A stretch of 58,005 bases of DNA from an uncultured virus (IMG/VR IMGVR_UViG_3300028833_000088) (IMGVR_UViG_3300028833_000088); one strand, 5' to 3'. Shown: positions 1 to 10,204, counted from the stretch's first letter. Made by a program: numbers and translations. Notes: generated by a model not told the origin, from the letters alone.

Positions 1-222
1 GATGCTTTAATTGATTTAAATTATAGAGGAGAAGTTAATGCTTTAGTACAAAATATTACAGATAGCGATATTGAAGTTAAAAAAGGAGAAAGACCTTGTT
101 CATTAGTATTAACACCTAATATTGATATTGATTGGGTATCAAAAGAAGAAGCTGATGATATTAGAAAAGCTTTAAATGGTGAAGAACGCGGAGATAAAGG
201 TTTTGGAAGTAGTGGGAGATAA
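1..222 (+). CDS. dut: dUTPase, C-terminal part (5' truncated by window edge)
   Basis: Frame 1 reads DALIDLNYRGEV...ERGDKGFGSSGR*, matching trimeric dUTPase motif III (IDxxYRGE) and motif V (RGxxGFGSSG). Confidence 0.9.
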   Translation, partial: DALIDLNYRGEVNALVQNITDSDIEVKKGERPCSLVLTPNIDIDWVSKEEADDIRKALNGEERGDKGFGSSGR

Positions 223-226
223 TTAA

Positions 227-493
227 ATGATAATAACAGATGTTCAGATTAAAGAAGTTGAAACTAATAATAGAATTATAGCTTTGGCAAATGTAACTTT
301 TGATAATTGTTTTATTATTAAAGATGTAAAAATATTAAAAGATAAAAACGATAATATTTTTATAGGAATGCCTAGTATTAAACATGAAGATAATTCATAT
401 AGCGATTTAGTTTATCCTATAAATAAAGAATCAAGATCATATATTACATCTGAAATAATTAAAGCATATAATAGTTATAAAAATAAAGCTTAA
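227..493 (+). CDS. spoVG: SpoVG family nucleic-acid-binding protein
   Basis: MIITDVQI...ALANVTFDNCFIIKDVKI...FIGMPS...YSDLVYPINKESR follows the SpoVG pattern; 88 aa. Confidence 0.9.
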   Translation: MIITDVQIKEVETNNRIIALANVTFDNCFIIKDVKILKDKNDNIFIGMPSIKHEDNSYSDLVYPINKESRSYITSEIIKAYNSYKNKA

Positions 494-512
494 TAGATTT
501 AGTATTTTTATG

Positions 513-543
513 AGGTTACTAGTAAGATATTAGTAACCTTTTT
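513..543 (+). terminator. Intrinsic terminator after spoVG
   Basis: AGGTTACTAGTA-aga-TATTAGTAACCT hairpin followed by a T run. Confidence 0.65.
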
Positions 544-556
544 ATATATTATAATA
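542..556 (+). promoter_or_regulatory. Putative phage late promoter
   Basis: TTATATATTATAATA, the same motif found upstream of other structural gene blocks. Confidence 0.55.
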
Positions 557-571
557 AAGTAAGGAGAGCAT

Positions 572-2374
572 ATGGATAGTAATTTAAATAGTCTACTTAA
601 CGATATTGTAGATATAAAAAGATTAGAGAATAAGTCTATTAAAATAAGAGAAATAGCTCCTATTGAAGAATGGATAAATAGTGATTATTATATAGGTCCA
701 GATGCATCATCAATTTATCCTTTTTGGAAGCAACATATAATAAATATTTTTAATAGCCCTACTAGAATAAATGAAGTAATTCTTACTGGTGGTTTAGGTA
801 CTGGTAAAACAACTGTTGGTAATATTATTATGTTAAGAAGATTATATGAGTTATCTTGCTATGATAATATACCTAGTTTATTTAATTTGATGTCTAGTTC
901 AAAAATATTATTTGCTTATTTTAATATTAATATGTCACAAGCATTATTAACTGGTTATGGGCAAATTAAAGAAATGATTGACAGTAGTCCATACTTTAGA
1001 GAAAATTTTCCTAGAAATTATAAAAGAGAAAATGAAATAGCTTTTCCACAAGCTAATCTTCAAATTAGATATGCTTCTGGTACTCAACATACTATAGGTT
1101 CTAACTTAGTTGGTAGTTTATTGGACGAAGCAAACTTTTATAGTAAGACAGAAAAAATAACTGAATCAGAAATGATGGTTCAAGATAAAGCAAAGAAGAT
1201 TTATACAGACGCAAGAAATAGAGGAAAATCACGTTTCTTGATAAATGGTGAAAATTATTCAATGAGTATATTGGTATCTTCTACTACTTTTGATAGTTCT
1301 TTTACAAATCAAAGATTAAAAGAGACAGAAGGTGATCCTCATACTTATGTAGTAAATGCAAGACTTTGGGATGTTAAACCTCAAAATTATAGTAAAGAGA
1401 GATTTTATGTATTTTGTGGTTCTGGAGAAATAGATCCTTGTATAATAGATAATATAGCTGATATAAATGGAATATTAGATTCATTAGGAATTGATAGAGT
1501 TAAAGATATTTCTATACAAGAAGCAATAAAACATATACCTATAGAGTTAAGAACACAAATAATTGAAGTACCTACAGATTATTTAGTTGATTTTAGAACT
1601 AACTTATTACAATCAATACAAGATATTGCTGGTATGACAATTGCTGGACAAGGTAAATTATTTAATAGTAAAGAAAACTTTGATAAATGTGTGTATACTC
1701 CAGAAGAACCAGCTTTTACAAAAGATACTTTTATAATATCTACTAAGATGGAAACAACACCTCAAGATTATATAAATCCTAATTGGAAACCTGAACAACC
1801 AGATAGATTAAGATTTATGCATGTTGACCAAGGTATATCTTCAGACCATTATGGTATATCTAGTTGCTTTGTTGATGATGCTATAATTAATGAAGATGAG
1901 ACTATAACATTAAAGATAAAATTTGATTTTATTCTTAATATAGTACCTCCTAGACCTCCTGCAAAAGTTGATATTGCTAAAGTTAGAAGTTTAATTCCGT
2001 GGCTTTCACAAAATAAAGGAATAAATTGGGGAATGATAACTTATGACCAATATCAGTCACAAGAATCTATGCAAGAATTAGAAAAAGCAGGATTTCCGGT
2101 AGGTTATCAATCTGTTGATAGAACTGATGAAGCTTATTTATGTTTAGTGGATTATATTTATAATAATAACATAAAATTTCCATATAATGATGAATTTGAG
2201 AGAAATTTATTTAATTTAGTTCATTTTAGAGAAAGAAGAAAAGTAGATCATACTAGTACTGGAAGTAAAGATATTTCAGACTCTGTTGCTGGAAGCTTAT
2301 ATAACGCAATTAAATCTGATGTATATACTAATATTGTAATTCAAAATGATGTAAACATTTTATTTGATATATAA
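572..2374 (+). CDS. terL: Terminase large subunit
   Basis: Walker A GGLGTGKT, Walker B LLDEANF, RNase H-like nuclease residues (HVD, YDQYQS, KDISDSVAG); upstream of portal. Confidence 0.9.
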   Translation: MDSNLNSLLNDIVDIKRLENKSIKIREIAPIEEWINSDYYIGPDASSIYPFWKQHIINIFNSPTRINEVILTGGLGTGKTTVGNIIMLRRLYELSCYDNIPSLFNLMSSSKILFAYFNINMSQALLTGYGQIKEMIDSSPYFRENFPRNYKRENEIAFPQANLQIRYASGTQHTIGSNLVGSLLDEANFYSKTEKITESEMMVQDKAKKIYTDARNRGKSRFLINGENYSMSILVSSTTFDSSFTNQRLKETEGDPHTYVVNARLWDVKPQNYSKERFYVFCGSGEIDPCIIDNIADINGILDSLGIDRVKDISIQEAIKHIPIELRTQIIEVPTDYLVDFRTNLLQSIQDIAGMTIAGQGKLFNSKENFDKCVYTPEEPAFTKDTFIISTKMETTPQDYINPNWKPEQPDRLRFMHVDQGISSDHYGISSCFVDDAIINEDETITLKIKFDFILNIVPPRPPAKVDIAKVRSLIPWLSQNKGINWGMITYDQYQSQESMQELEKAGFPVGYQSVDRTDEAYLCLVDYIYNNNIKFPYNDEFERNLFNLVHFRERRKVDHTSTGSKDISDSVAGSLYNAIKSDVYTNIVIQNDVNILFDI

Positions 2375-2376
2375 TA

Positions 2377-2403
2377 TGTTTTAAAATTATATATATTAAT
2401 AGA
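2377..2403 (+). promoter_or_regulatory. Putative phage late promoter
   Basis: TGTTTTAAAATTATATATATTAATAGA, a variant of the repeated motif. Confidence 0.5.
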
Positions 2404-2415
2404 GAAGGAGATAGT

Positions 2416-3429
2416 ATGAATTTAGGTCAACATATTATTACAAATATATTAATAGAAAAAGCTAATATAGATTGGAATAATTATTTAACTTCTGAAGAGG
2501 TTGATAAATTTTTATCAAAAGATGATAAAGTTGAATCAGCAGAAGAGATAATTTATAATACTAAAGGAAATTTTTATAAAAAATATTTTGATTCATTTAA
2601 GCATGAAGGATGGACAAAGAGAGAATTAACACAAGATTTAGCTAATTTTTATCATAATGGACATCTTAATGAGGAGTCAATTAGTAAAGATCCAAGAATA
2701 AAATATGGACCATATAAAGATGGAATGGGTATGTGGACTATAGATTTAGCTGATAATTATACAACAGATTCTGGAGATTCATTTATACAAGAAAAAACTA
2801 AAAAAGAATGTTTAAGAATGTTAGATACAGTTGTAAGTAAGATTAATGAATCAATTCAAGGTTTAGATGATTATACAGAAAATGGAATAAAAGATATAGT
2901 AGCTGAATATATAATGTATAAGATGATTGAGGAAGCTGGTTATTCTGAAGATGATTTTAATATAAAAGCAATAGAATTAAATGGTTCTAGAAAAAGAGGA
3001 ACAGCAAGAGATGATTCAGATTTAGATGTAGTAGTTGAATTTGAAGGTGATAATTTAAGAGAAGATGATTTATTTAATTTATTAAATGACGATGATAGAT
3101 TATATATTGAAGATATTGCAGTAGATATAAATCCTATACTAGCGCATAAATCTGGTTCAATTGATGATTTTATGAAGAAATCTAATGAATATGATAGAGA
3201 TAAATTAAAAGAAAGTGATTCAAATTTAGATCTTTGGAAGTCTCAAATAAATAAAAAAGATACGCAAGAATTATTCTTATATTTAAAGAAAATGTATAAT
3301 CAACTATATACATATAATGATAGAAATTCAAATATTAAATCAAATGATTATGAAAAAATATTAGAAAAAATAAATTATATAGAAAATAAATTAGGAATTA
3401 AATCTAAAAGAGGCAGAGAACTACATTAA
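2416..3429 (+). CDS. Multidomain protein with a Pol-beta-like (minimal) nucleotidyltransferase domain; probable head cargo
   Basis: GSRKRGTARDDSDLDVVVEF is a GS...DxD NTase motif, third Asp probably in VDINP; segments separated by LIE/LNE/INE/LKE motifs. Confidence 0.7.
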   Translation: MNLGQHIITNILIEKANIDWNNYLTSEEVDKFLSKDDKVESAEEIIYNTKGNFYKKYFDSFKHEGWTKRELTQDLANFYHNGHLNEESISKDPRIKYGPYKDGMGMWTIDLADNYTTDSGDSFIQEKTKKECLRMLDTVVSKINESIQGLDDYTENGIKDIVAEYIMYKMIEEAGYSEDDFNIKAIELNGSRKRGTARDDSDLDVVVEFEGDNLREDDLFNLLNDDDRLYIEDIAVDINPILAHKSGSIDDFMKKSNEYDRDKLKESDSNLDLWKSQINKKDTQELFLYLKKMYNQLYTYNDRNSNIKSNDYEKILEKINYIENKLGIKSKRGRELH

Positions 3430-3440
3430 GGAGGTTATAA

Positions 3441-5423
3441 ATGTCTATCTTTAATAGAAACAAAAAAGAAAAATTAGAAGAATCTAGTACTCCAAAAGAC
3501 TCTAATGATAGATTATATGAATGGGGTACTACAAATGATGTTAATTTATATAATTTCGTTCAAGGTATTAGAATATTAGATAATAATTATATTAATAATG
3601 ATGCTTTGATCGAAAAGATGCTAGAAGATTCAGTTATATCTTCAGCTTTAGATCTTTGGACAGAAGATTCACTACAAAGAGATCCTCAAACAAAAGATAT
3701 TTTTCATATAGAAGTAGATACGCCAGAATCATATGTTGAAGATGAATTATCTAAAGGATTAACTTTAGAATTAGAATCTTTTCTTAAGAAAGATTTGGAT
3801 ATGGAGAAGAGATTAGTCTTTATAACTAAAAGATTATTAGCTTATGGAGATTGTCCTGTTAAATTAGATTTTGCTGATACTCTTGTAGATGATAGATTAA
3901 AATTAAAAGAAAGTGAAAGAGATAATTTTACTAAAATATCTCATAAGATTACAGATTTACTTGGTGGTGATAAAGATACTCCTCAAAGAAAATCAATTGA
4001 TGATAAGTCAAGATTGAATGAAGATGAGTGTTTTAATGTAGACTTAGAGTATTTTGAGAATAATAATATAGATTATAATCATAAAGCTTTAAAGAATTTA
4101 AGAGAAGATATAGAGAATAGATATAAATCTAATAAAAAATTAAATGAAGCTGAATTATTAGATGCAAAACAAATGATGCAAGGTAGATGGTATACTGAAA
4201 TTATAGGTCATGGAACTAACATATATTCATTATCTTCTAAACAAAAATTAATAGCTTATTTAGATAGAGATTATCCTAATAAGTTTATTAAACCAGATAG
4301 AATAGTTAATTTTTCAAATTGTTCTGGAAAGCATTCTGTATTATTTGAAGTTGGAGATCAAAACACTGCAATGTATAATAAACAATTCTATAGATTAGAA
4401 AGAGGAGAAAGCTTTTTAGAGAATGCAATGACTTCTTGGCAAGTATTATCTGCTTTAGAAGATATATTACTTCTTACAAGAATGACAAGATCTATATTAT
4501 ATAGAATATTTTCAGTAGAAGTTGGTAATAAAGGAAATAGAGAAACTTCTGATCTATTACAAAGATTAAAAAATAAAATAAAAATGGATGAAACAGTTGA
4601 TATAAGAAGTAAAATATACAACTCAAGCTTAAAGCAAGTTCCATTAGGAGATAGTATTTTTATTCCAACAAGAAACGGTGTTGGTGTAATAGATGTTAAG
4701 ACTGTTGGAGGAGATGTAAATTTAAGAGATGCAATCGATTTAGATTATTTTAAAGATAAATTATTTGCAGGTTTAAGAATACCAGCTCCTTATTTAGGAT
4801 TTACAGAAAGTCTTCCTGGTGGTATAGGAGATACTTCTTTGACAAGAATGGATATTAGATATAGTAGAACTATAACTAGAATACAAACAATATTATCTAG
4901 TGGATTAAAAGATATATGTTTATTATATTTAAAACTTACAAGAACTGAAAAAGCATTTAATAAATTACCAGATTTTAAAGTTGTATTTACTTCAATAAAC
5001 TCTGCTGAAGATGCTTCAAGAATAGAGCAAAAGAGAGTTCAAATGGATACATTAAAAAATATATTAGATGCATTAAAAACATTAGGAGTAGATATATCTG
5101 CAAATCCAGAAGGATATGAAAAGACAAGACAACAGTTAATAAAAGAATATTTTGGTTCTGTATTATTAGAAAAAGTATTGAATGATGAGAATGCAATGGT
5201 TGTAGAAGAACCTACAGAAGGAAATAGTAAGGATTTAGGTGGTGGCGGAGGTGATTTCGATTCTGGTTCTTCAGATATAATATCTGGTCCTGGAATGAAT
5301 CTTAACAATGATATAGAATCAGAAGAAGATATAGAAGATACTGATGTTACACAAGATGAAACACCGCCAAATGAAGATATAAATCCACCAGAAGAAAATA
5401 CAGAAACAAGAGAATTAACTTAA
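3441..5423 (+). CDS. Portal protein (T4 gp20-like)
   Basis: LEDILLLTRMTRS..RIFSVEVG and DLDYFKDKLFAGLRIPAPYL...DIRYSRTITRIQ resemble gp20 conserved blocks; acidic C-terminal tail. Confidence 0.88.
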   Translation: MSIFNRNKKEKLEESSTPKDSNDRLYEWGTTNDVNLYNFVQGIRILDNNYINNDALIEKMLEDSVISSALDLWTEDSLQRDPQTKDIFHIEVDTPESYVEDELSKGLTLELESFLKKDLDMEKRLVFITKRLLAYGDCPVKLDFADTLVDDRLKLKESERDNFTKISHKITDLLGGDKDTPQRKSIDDKSRLNEDECFNVDLEYFENNNIDYNHKALKNLREDIENRYKSNKKLNEAELLDAKQMMQGRWYTEIIGHGTNIYSLSSKQKLIAYLDRDYPNKFIKPDRIVNFSNCSGKHSVLFEVGDQNTAMYNKQFYRLERGESFLENAMTSWQVLSALEDILLLTRMTRSILYRIFSVEVGNKGNRETSDLLQRLKNKIKMDETVDIRSKIYNSSLKQVPLGDSIFIPTRNGVGVIDVKTVGGDVNLRDAIDLDYFKDKLFAGLRIPAPYLGFTESLPGGIGDTSLTRMDIRYSRTITRIQTILSSGLKDICLLYLKLTRTEKAFNKLPDFKVVFTSINSAEDASRIEQKRVQMDTLKNILDALKTLGVDISANPEGYEKTRQQLIKEYFGSVLLEKVLNDENAMVVEEPTEGNSKDLGGGGGDFDSGSSDIISGPGMNLNNDIESEEDIEDTDVTQDETPPNEDINPPEENTETRELT

Positions 5424-5467
5424 GACATAATATAAACTATAGATATAAGATACTGGTAGATTTTAAG

Positions 5468-5518
5468 ATATATAACTATATTAGTTTACATATAAAAATT
5501 AATCCTGGTTAATCCTGG
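5468..5518 (-). repeat. Dispersed ~50-bp intergenic element, copy A
   Basis: Reverse complement reads CCAGGATTAACCAGGATTAATTTTTATATGTAAACTAATATAGTTATA. Confidence 0.55.
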
Positions 5519-5589
5519 TGATTAAGATTTATTAAGTCTTATTATAGTTTATATTATATAAAATAAATATTATTAAATAGGAGAGTGTT

Positions 5590-6150
5590 ATGAATATATC
5601 AAAAACAATAATTAATAGTTTAAATGAATCTGATTCAAGTTATAATTATGTTGTTAAAGTTAAAGATAAAGATACTGGAAAAACTGGTTATTTATCTGGA
5701 GACGAAGATACTTATAAATTTTGGATAGAAGATGATAAAAATTTAGCTAATCATTTTACTAAGAATGAAGAATCAGCAGCTAAATCAAGATGTGAAGCAA
5801 ATAATTTAATTTATTTAGGACTTGAAAGTCTAGATGAAAATTTAGTTGAAATGCCTTATAGTGTTTATCAAACAGATGATAGAGATATTACTTTTATGAA
5901 GTATGATTATGTATCTGATAAATTTCCAGAAGCTTTTAATAATTATAAAAAAGTATATGATGGAACTATATTATTAAAAAATAATGAAGATATTAATTAT
6001 GCTTTAGAAGATATTTTTATTCAATTAAATAGAGGTGATAGACCAAACTCACAAGGAATGAGAAGTTTATCAATGTCTGATATAATTTATATAGATAATA
6101 AATATTATTATGTAGATGATATTGGATTTCAAGAACTTGAAATAAATTAG
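5590..6150 (+). CDS. Probable head-packaged protein with C-terminal YodL-like domain
   Basis: YKKVYDG...LEDIFIQLN...RSLSMSDII...YYYVDDIGF is the YodL-type signature; N-terminal IINSLNES motif. Confidence 0.7.
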   Translation: MNISKTIINSLNESDSSYNYVVKVKDKDTGKTGYLSGDEDTYKFWIEDDKNLANHFTKNEESAAKSRCEANNLIYLGLESLDENLVEMPYSVYQTDDRDITFMKYDYVSDKFPEAFNNYKKVYDGTILLKNNEDINYALEDIFIQLNRGDRPNSQGMRSLSMSDIIYIDNKYYYVDDIGFQELEIN

Positions 6151-6170
6151 TGTATTAAGGAAGGTTATGT

Positions 6171-7022
6171 ATGAAATTAGTAGAAGGTAAAATTTTAACT
6201 AATTTTAAAGAAATATTAACGGAAGCTAAATTAAAACAATTGGAGTATAAAACCAGAAATCAAACACCAAGACTTGCAGATAGAGCTGATTTTGTTAATA
6301 CTGATTATATAGGAATTAGTAAGTTTGGTATATTTAATTTTAGAACAACTAGTCAAAATAGTCCAGGTAATTATTGGTATCAAACATTAGAAATTCCAGA
6401 TTTGCAATCTAAAATAATGGATGAAGATATAACACCAGAATTTATTAAATATTTATTAGATAATGAAGATATAAAATTATATTGCGATTGTCCAGCATTT
6501 TTATATTATGCATTAAAATATGCTGCTTGGAATAAAGATTATGGAATAGAACCAGAAACTAGAGCTCCTAGAAGAAATAACGTAGATTTAAAAGGAGCTT
6601 TATGTAAGCATTTATTATCTGTAGTAGATTTAATAAATTCAGGTAGTTTATACGAGCAGATGGCTAAAGATACTTATAATTGGTTTAGATATACTCAAGG
6701 TGATACTTATGGTAATTTCCATAAAGCTAGACTTATGGGTGATGCTATTAAAAAGAAGAATAGAATTAACTATGAGACATATGATAGTTATATGAATGAT
6801 TATTTTGCTAGTAAAGCTGGAGTTAATAAGTTTTTAGATGATGCTGATATTAAAAGTAGCTTAAAACAGGAAATAGAAAGAACAGCTAAAACAGATCCAA
6901 CAATGACTTTAGATGATTTTATATCAGATGAATTTGGAGTAGATGGTATTAATGGTTTAGCAAATGACTTAGAGATAGATCCTGATTATGTTAAACAATA
7001 TTTTAAAGATTTAGGATTTTAA
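6171..7022 (+). CDS. SWIM-type zinc-finger protein in the head gene cluster
   Basis: YCDCPAFLY...LCKHL (CxC-xn-CxH). Confidence 0.65.
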   Translation: MKLVEGKILTNFKEILTEAKLKQLEYKTRNQTPRLADRADFVNTDYIGISKFGIFNFRTTSQNSPGNYWYQTLEIPDLQSKIMDEDITPEFIKYLLDNEDIKLYCDCPAFLYYALKYAAWNKDYGIEPETRAPRRNNVDLKGALCKHLLSVVDLINSGSLYEQMAKDTYNWFRYTQGDTYGNFHKARLMGDAIKKKNRINYETYDSYMNDYFASKAGVNKFLDDADIKSSLKQEIERTAKTDPTMTLDDFISDEFGVDGINGLANDLEIDPDYVKQYFKDLGF

Positions 7023-7035
7023 AGGAGTGTAGATA

Positions 7036-7914
7036 ATGGCTAATAGAATAGAAAATTATTTTAACGATATAAATAATTTATTTAATGTTATTAGATCTAA
7101 TTATAATATTAATTTTAGTTCTAATCCAGTATCAAAAGGATTAACTATAGCAACTTTTGGTGGTTCTTATAAGGATTATAATTATAATATTATGTTAGAA
7201 ATTTCTTGTAATCACAAAGAGCTTGAATCAAAAGATCAATTATTCGTATATACATATTTCGGATCAAGAGGAAATAGTGCAGGTATTATTAATATTAATG
7301 ATTTACAAGAAGCAGCAGAACTTATATATGCTGCGCTAAGAGAATTGGGATTTAAGACTGATGAAGATAGAGAACGTGAAAAAGAAGAGAAAGAAATTAA
7401 AAATAGAGAAAGATTAGAAAAAGAAAAGAAAGATCGTGCTGAAGCTAAGAAAAAGATAGATGATTATTTATCAAAAAATGATGAAAAAGAAGAACCTGTA
7501 GAAGATAATTCAATCAATGATGAGGAAACAGACGAAACAATAAAAGTAGCAGATGAGGAATTTGATTTATATAAAGAAAAACTAGATGAATTAGGAGAGA
7601 AAGATAATTGTATAACTGCATCAATATCTTATGGAGAAGATTTTAGTAAGATGTCTGTTATAAGTGTTGATGTTTTTTATGTAGACAGTAATACATGTAG
7701 AGTAAAAACAGAAGGCATATCTCCTAAGATAGATAAAGAAACAACTTGGGATAAAGCTAAAAATATGATGCTTAAAGTTACTAAAAAATTAAATGGAGTA
7801 ATTTCTTTATATGCTATAACTCCTGACGGTCATACAATTAAATTAAAACCAGATGAAGAAGAGGATGGTTTTAATGCATTAGATGGAGTTAGAATTGATG
7901 GATTAGATATATAA
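7036..7914 (+). CDS. Hypothetical protein with central charged coiled coil (possible prohead core/scaffold-like)
   Basis: Long ORF with SD; E/K/R-rich central segment; directly before the protease gene. Confidence 0.4.
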   Translation: MANRIENYFNDINNLFNVIRSNYNINFSSNPVSKGLTIATFGGSYKDYNYNIMLEISCNHKELESKDQLFVYTYFGSRGNSAGIININDLQEAAELIYAALRELGFKTDEDREREKEEKEIKNRERLEKEKKDRAEAKKKIDDYLSKNDEKEEPVEDNSINDEETDETIKVADEEFDLYKEKLDELGEKDNCITASISYGEDFSKMSVISVDVFYVDSNTCRVKTEGISPKIDKETTWDKAKNMMLKVTKKLNGVISLYAITPDGHTIKLKPDEEEDGFNALDGVRIDGLDI

Positions 7915-7935
7915 ATATAAGGAGGATTTATAATA

Positions 7936-8652
7936 ATGAATAAGATAATACTTAATGAAAATTTATGTGAATCTGTTTTTATGGAAGCAGATAGCAATGA
8001 TAAACCAAAAGGTATATTAAAAAGAATTAAAGGAATAGTTGCAGATTTTAAACCTAATAGAAATGGTAGAGTTTATCCTAGAGAGTTATGGGAAAAGGTT
8101 ATTAATTCTGAATATGTTCAAGAAATGATGAAATCAAAATGCTTATTTGGAGAAGCTAATCATCCTTTCGATGATAGAGTAGAAATAGATTTAAATAATG
8201 TAAGTCATTGTATACACGACTTGAGAATTGAAGGTGATTCTGTTGTTGCAGAATTAGATTTATTACCTACTCCTGCTGGAGAATTGATAGATAAGTTAAT
8301 TGATTATGGTAGTAAGATTGGAGTATCTAGTAGAGGAGCTGGATCAGTTAATGAAGATGGTTCTGTAAATCCAGATGATTATCAATTTTTTACTTTTGAC
8401 TTAGTACCTAGACCATCAGTTGAAGCTGCAAGACCTGTAATGATTGAATCAGAACAATTAAAAGCTGATAAAATATTAACTGAAGGTGAAATTGCTACTA
8501 TTTTAAATAATTATAAAAATGTAGATAAGAAAATAGACGAGGCCTCAAATAATTACTTTAAATATATAAATGAGGGAGAAACTAAATCTATTAAAACGAA
8601 CATTATTGATAAATTATTAGCTCAATCAAATGAAATAAATGAAGTATTATAA
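7936..8652 (+). CDS. Prohead maturation protease (T4 gp21-like)
   Basis: NRNGRVYP, GEANHP, VSH, IGVSSRGAGS, FDLVPRPS motifs. Confidence 0.92.
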   Translation: MNKIILNENLCESVFMEADSNDKPKGILKRIKGIVADFKPNRNGRVYPRELWEKVINSEYVQEMMKSKCLFGEANHPFDDRVEIDLNNVSHCIHDLRIEGDSVVAELDLLPTPAGELIDKLIDYGSKIGVSSRGAGSVNEDGSVNPDDYQFFTFDLVPRPSVEAARPVMIESEQLKADKILTEGEIATILNNYKNVDKKIDEASNNYFKYINEGETKSIKTNIIDKLLAQSNEINEVL

Positions 8653-8704
8653 TCAGGTTTAATTTTGATGCATTTTTCTATCATAGTAATATAATTTTAC
8701 ATAT

Positions 8705-8739
8705 TTGCATAAGACTTTAATGTTTTATGCAATTTTTTT
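8705..8739 (+). terminator. Intrinsic terminator
   Basis: TTGCATAAGAC-tttaat-GTTTTATGCAA followed by T7. Confidence 0.65.
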
Positions 8740-8754
8740 ATATATATGATTAGA
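8738..8754 (+). promoter_or_regulatory. Putative late promoter for the major capsid gene
   Basis: TTATATATATGATTAGA, a motif variant. Confidence 0.45.
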
Positions 8755-8809
8755 AGATAGATTATTATTTTTTCTAAAAATAAAAAATTTTAAAAGGAGG
8801 AAGTCAAGA

Positions 8810-10204
8810 ATGATAGTTGACAAAATTGCTTTAAAAGAAGGCGAAGCTTTAGTTAGAAAACATAATAGAATGATTTCTGCTGTTAATAAAGCTTTAAAAG
8901 AATCAGCTGCATTTGGTGGAGAAATGGATTCTGAAAGAAAAACAAATTTAGCTGTTATGTTGGAAAACGTTTCTAAATGTTTTGATGCTAACGCACCAAA
9001 AATATTAACAGAATCAGGAACACAAGTTGTTGATATCGCAAAGAAAAATGAGTATCTAAACTTAGTTGCTGCTGTTATGCCTACATTAGTAGCTGAAGAT
9101 GTGGTTTCAGTTCAACCACTAAAACAAAAAGCTGGTGTTGTTTATTATATGAAACATGTTTATGATAGCAACAGAGGACAAATTGCTGTTGGAGATAATA
9201 TTAGTAATTATATTCAAGTAGGTCCTGATGCTAATAAAATACCAAACGCATTTAATTATTCTGCTGAAACAATTGAAGATGAGGAAGTTGTTGTTGCTGA
9301 TGGTAAATTCACATTAGCATGGTTACCAGTAGCTCCTGGTTCTGTATCTTTCAAAAACGCTTCAGACGCTGATGTTACAGATGATGGAGAAGGAAATCTA
9401 TCTGATGGTGGTACTGTTGATTACGCAACAGGTCTTGTAACATTAGGTTCTGGAACAACTCTTAATACAAATAATCTTGTAAGTTATGGACAAGATTTAT
9501 CTGTAGCTCCAGTTGAAGCGCCAGCTATTAGAACAATTATAGCTGATGTAACAATTACAGCTAGACCAAGAAAATTAAAGACAGGATTCTCTTTGGATGC
9601 TGCTTATGATTTAAGTGCTACACAAAATATTGATTTACAAACATTACTTCAAGCCACAGCAACTGATGAAATCAGAGCTGAAATTGATGGTGAAATTCTA
9701 AATGATTTAGGAAATTCTGGAACAACAATGTCTGTTTCATTCAATATGCCTGTTCCATTTGGTATTAATAAACATGATCACTATGAATCATTCTATCAAG
9801 TATTAGTAGCGGGAGCAAATAAAGTATATCAAAAGACTAGAAGAGTTACACCAAATATTATTATAGTTGGTGAAAATGCTGCAAATATTATTGAAACAAT
9901 GGATAAATTTAAAGCAGCTGCAAGTTTAAATACTGCAGGACCTCATATTATGGGTACTTTAAATAATAGATTCTTAATTGTTAAGAATCCATACTATCCA
10001 TCAAATAAATTTACTATCGTATATAGAGGAGATGTAACTCTAGATACTGGTTATGTATATGCACCTTATATGCCTATTACAGCAACTCAATTTATTATGG
10101 GTTCTGATTTTTATGGACATCAAGGATATGCAACAAGCTACGGAAAGAAACTTGTTGCTCCAGAGTTCTTCTGCAATGGTGTAATTACTGAAATCACAGA
10201 ATAG
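8810..10204 (+). CDS. Major capsid protein (T4 gp23-like) with a beta-rich insertion
   Basis: VSVQPL..KAGVVYY, ARPRKLKTGFSLDAAYDL, EIRAEIDGEIL, GYVYAPYMP motifs. Confidence 0.93.
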   Translation: MIVDKIALKEGEALVRKHNRMISAVNKALKESAAFGGEMDSERKTNLAVMLENVSKCFDANAPKILTESGTQVVDIAKKNEYLNLVAAVMPTLVAEDVVSVQPLKQKAGVVYYMKHVYDSNRGQIAVGDNISNYIQVGPDANKIPNAFNYSAETIEDEEVVVADGKFTLAWLPVAPGSVSFKNASDADVTDDGEGNLSDGGTVDYATGLVTLGSGTTLNTNNLVSYGQDLSVAPVEAPAIRTIIADVTITARPRKLKTGFSLDAAYDLSATQNIDLQTLLQATATDEIRAEIDGEILNDLGNSGTTMSVSFNMPVPFGINKHDHYESFYQVLVAGANKVYQKTRRVTPNIIIVGENAANIIETMDKFKAAASLNTAGPHIMGTLNNRFLIVKNPYYPSNKFTIVYRGDVTLDTGYVYAPYMPITATQFIMGSDFYGHQGYATSYGKKLVAPEFFCNGVITEITE

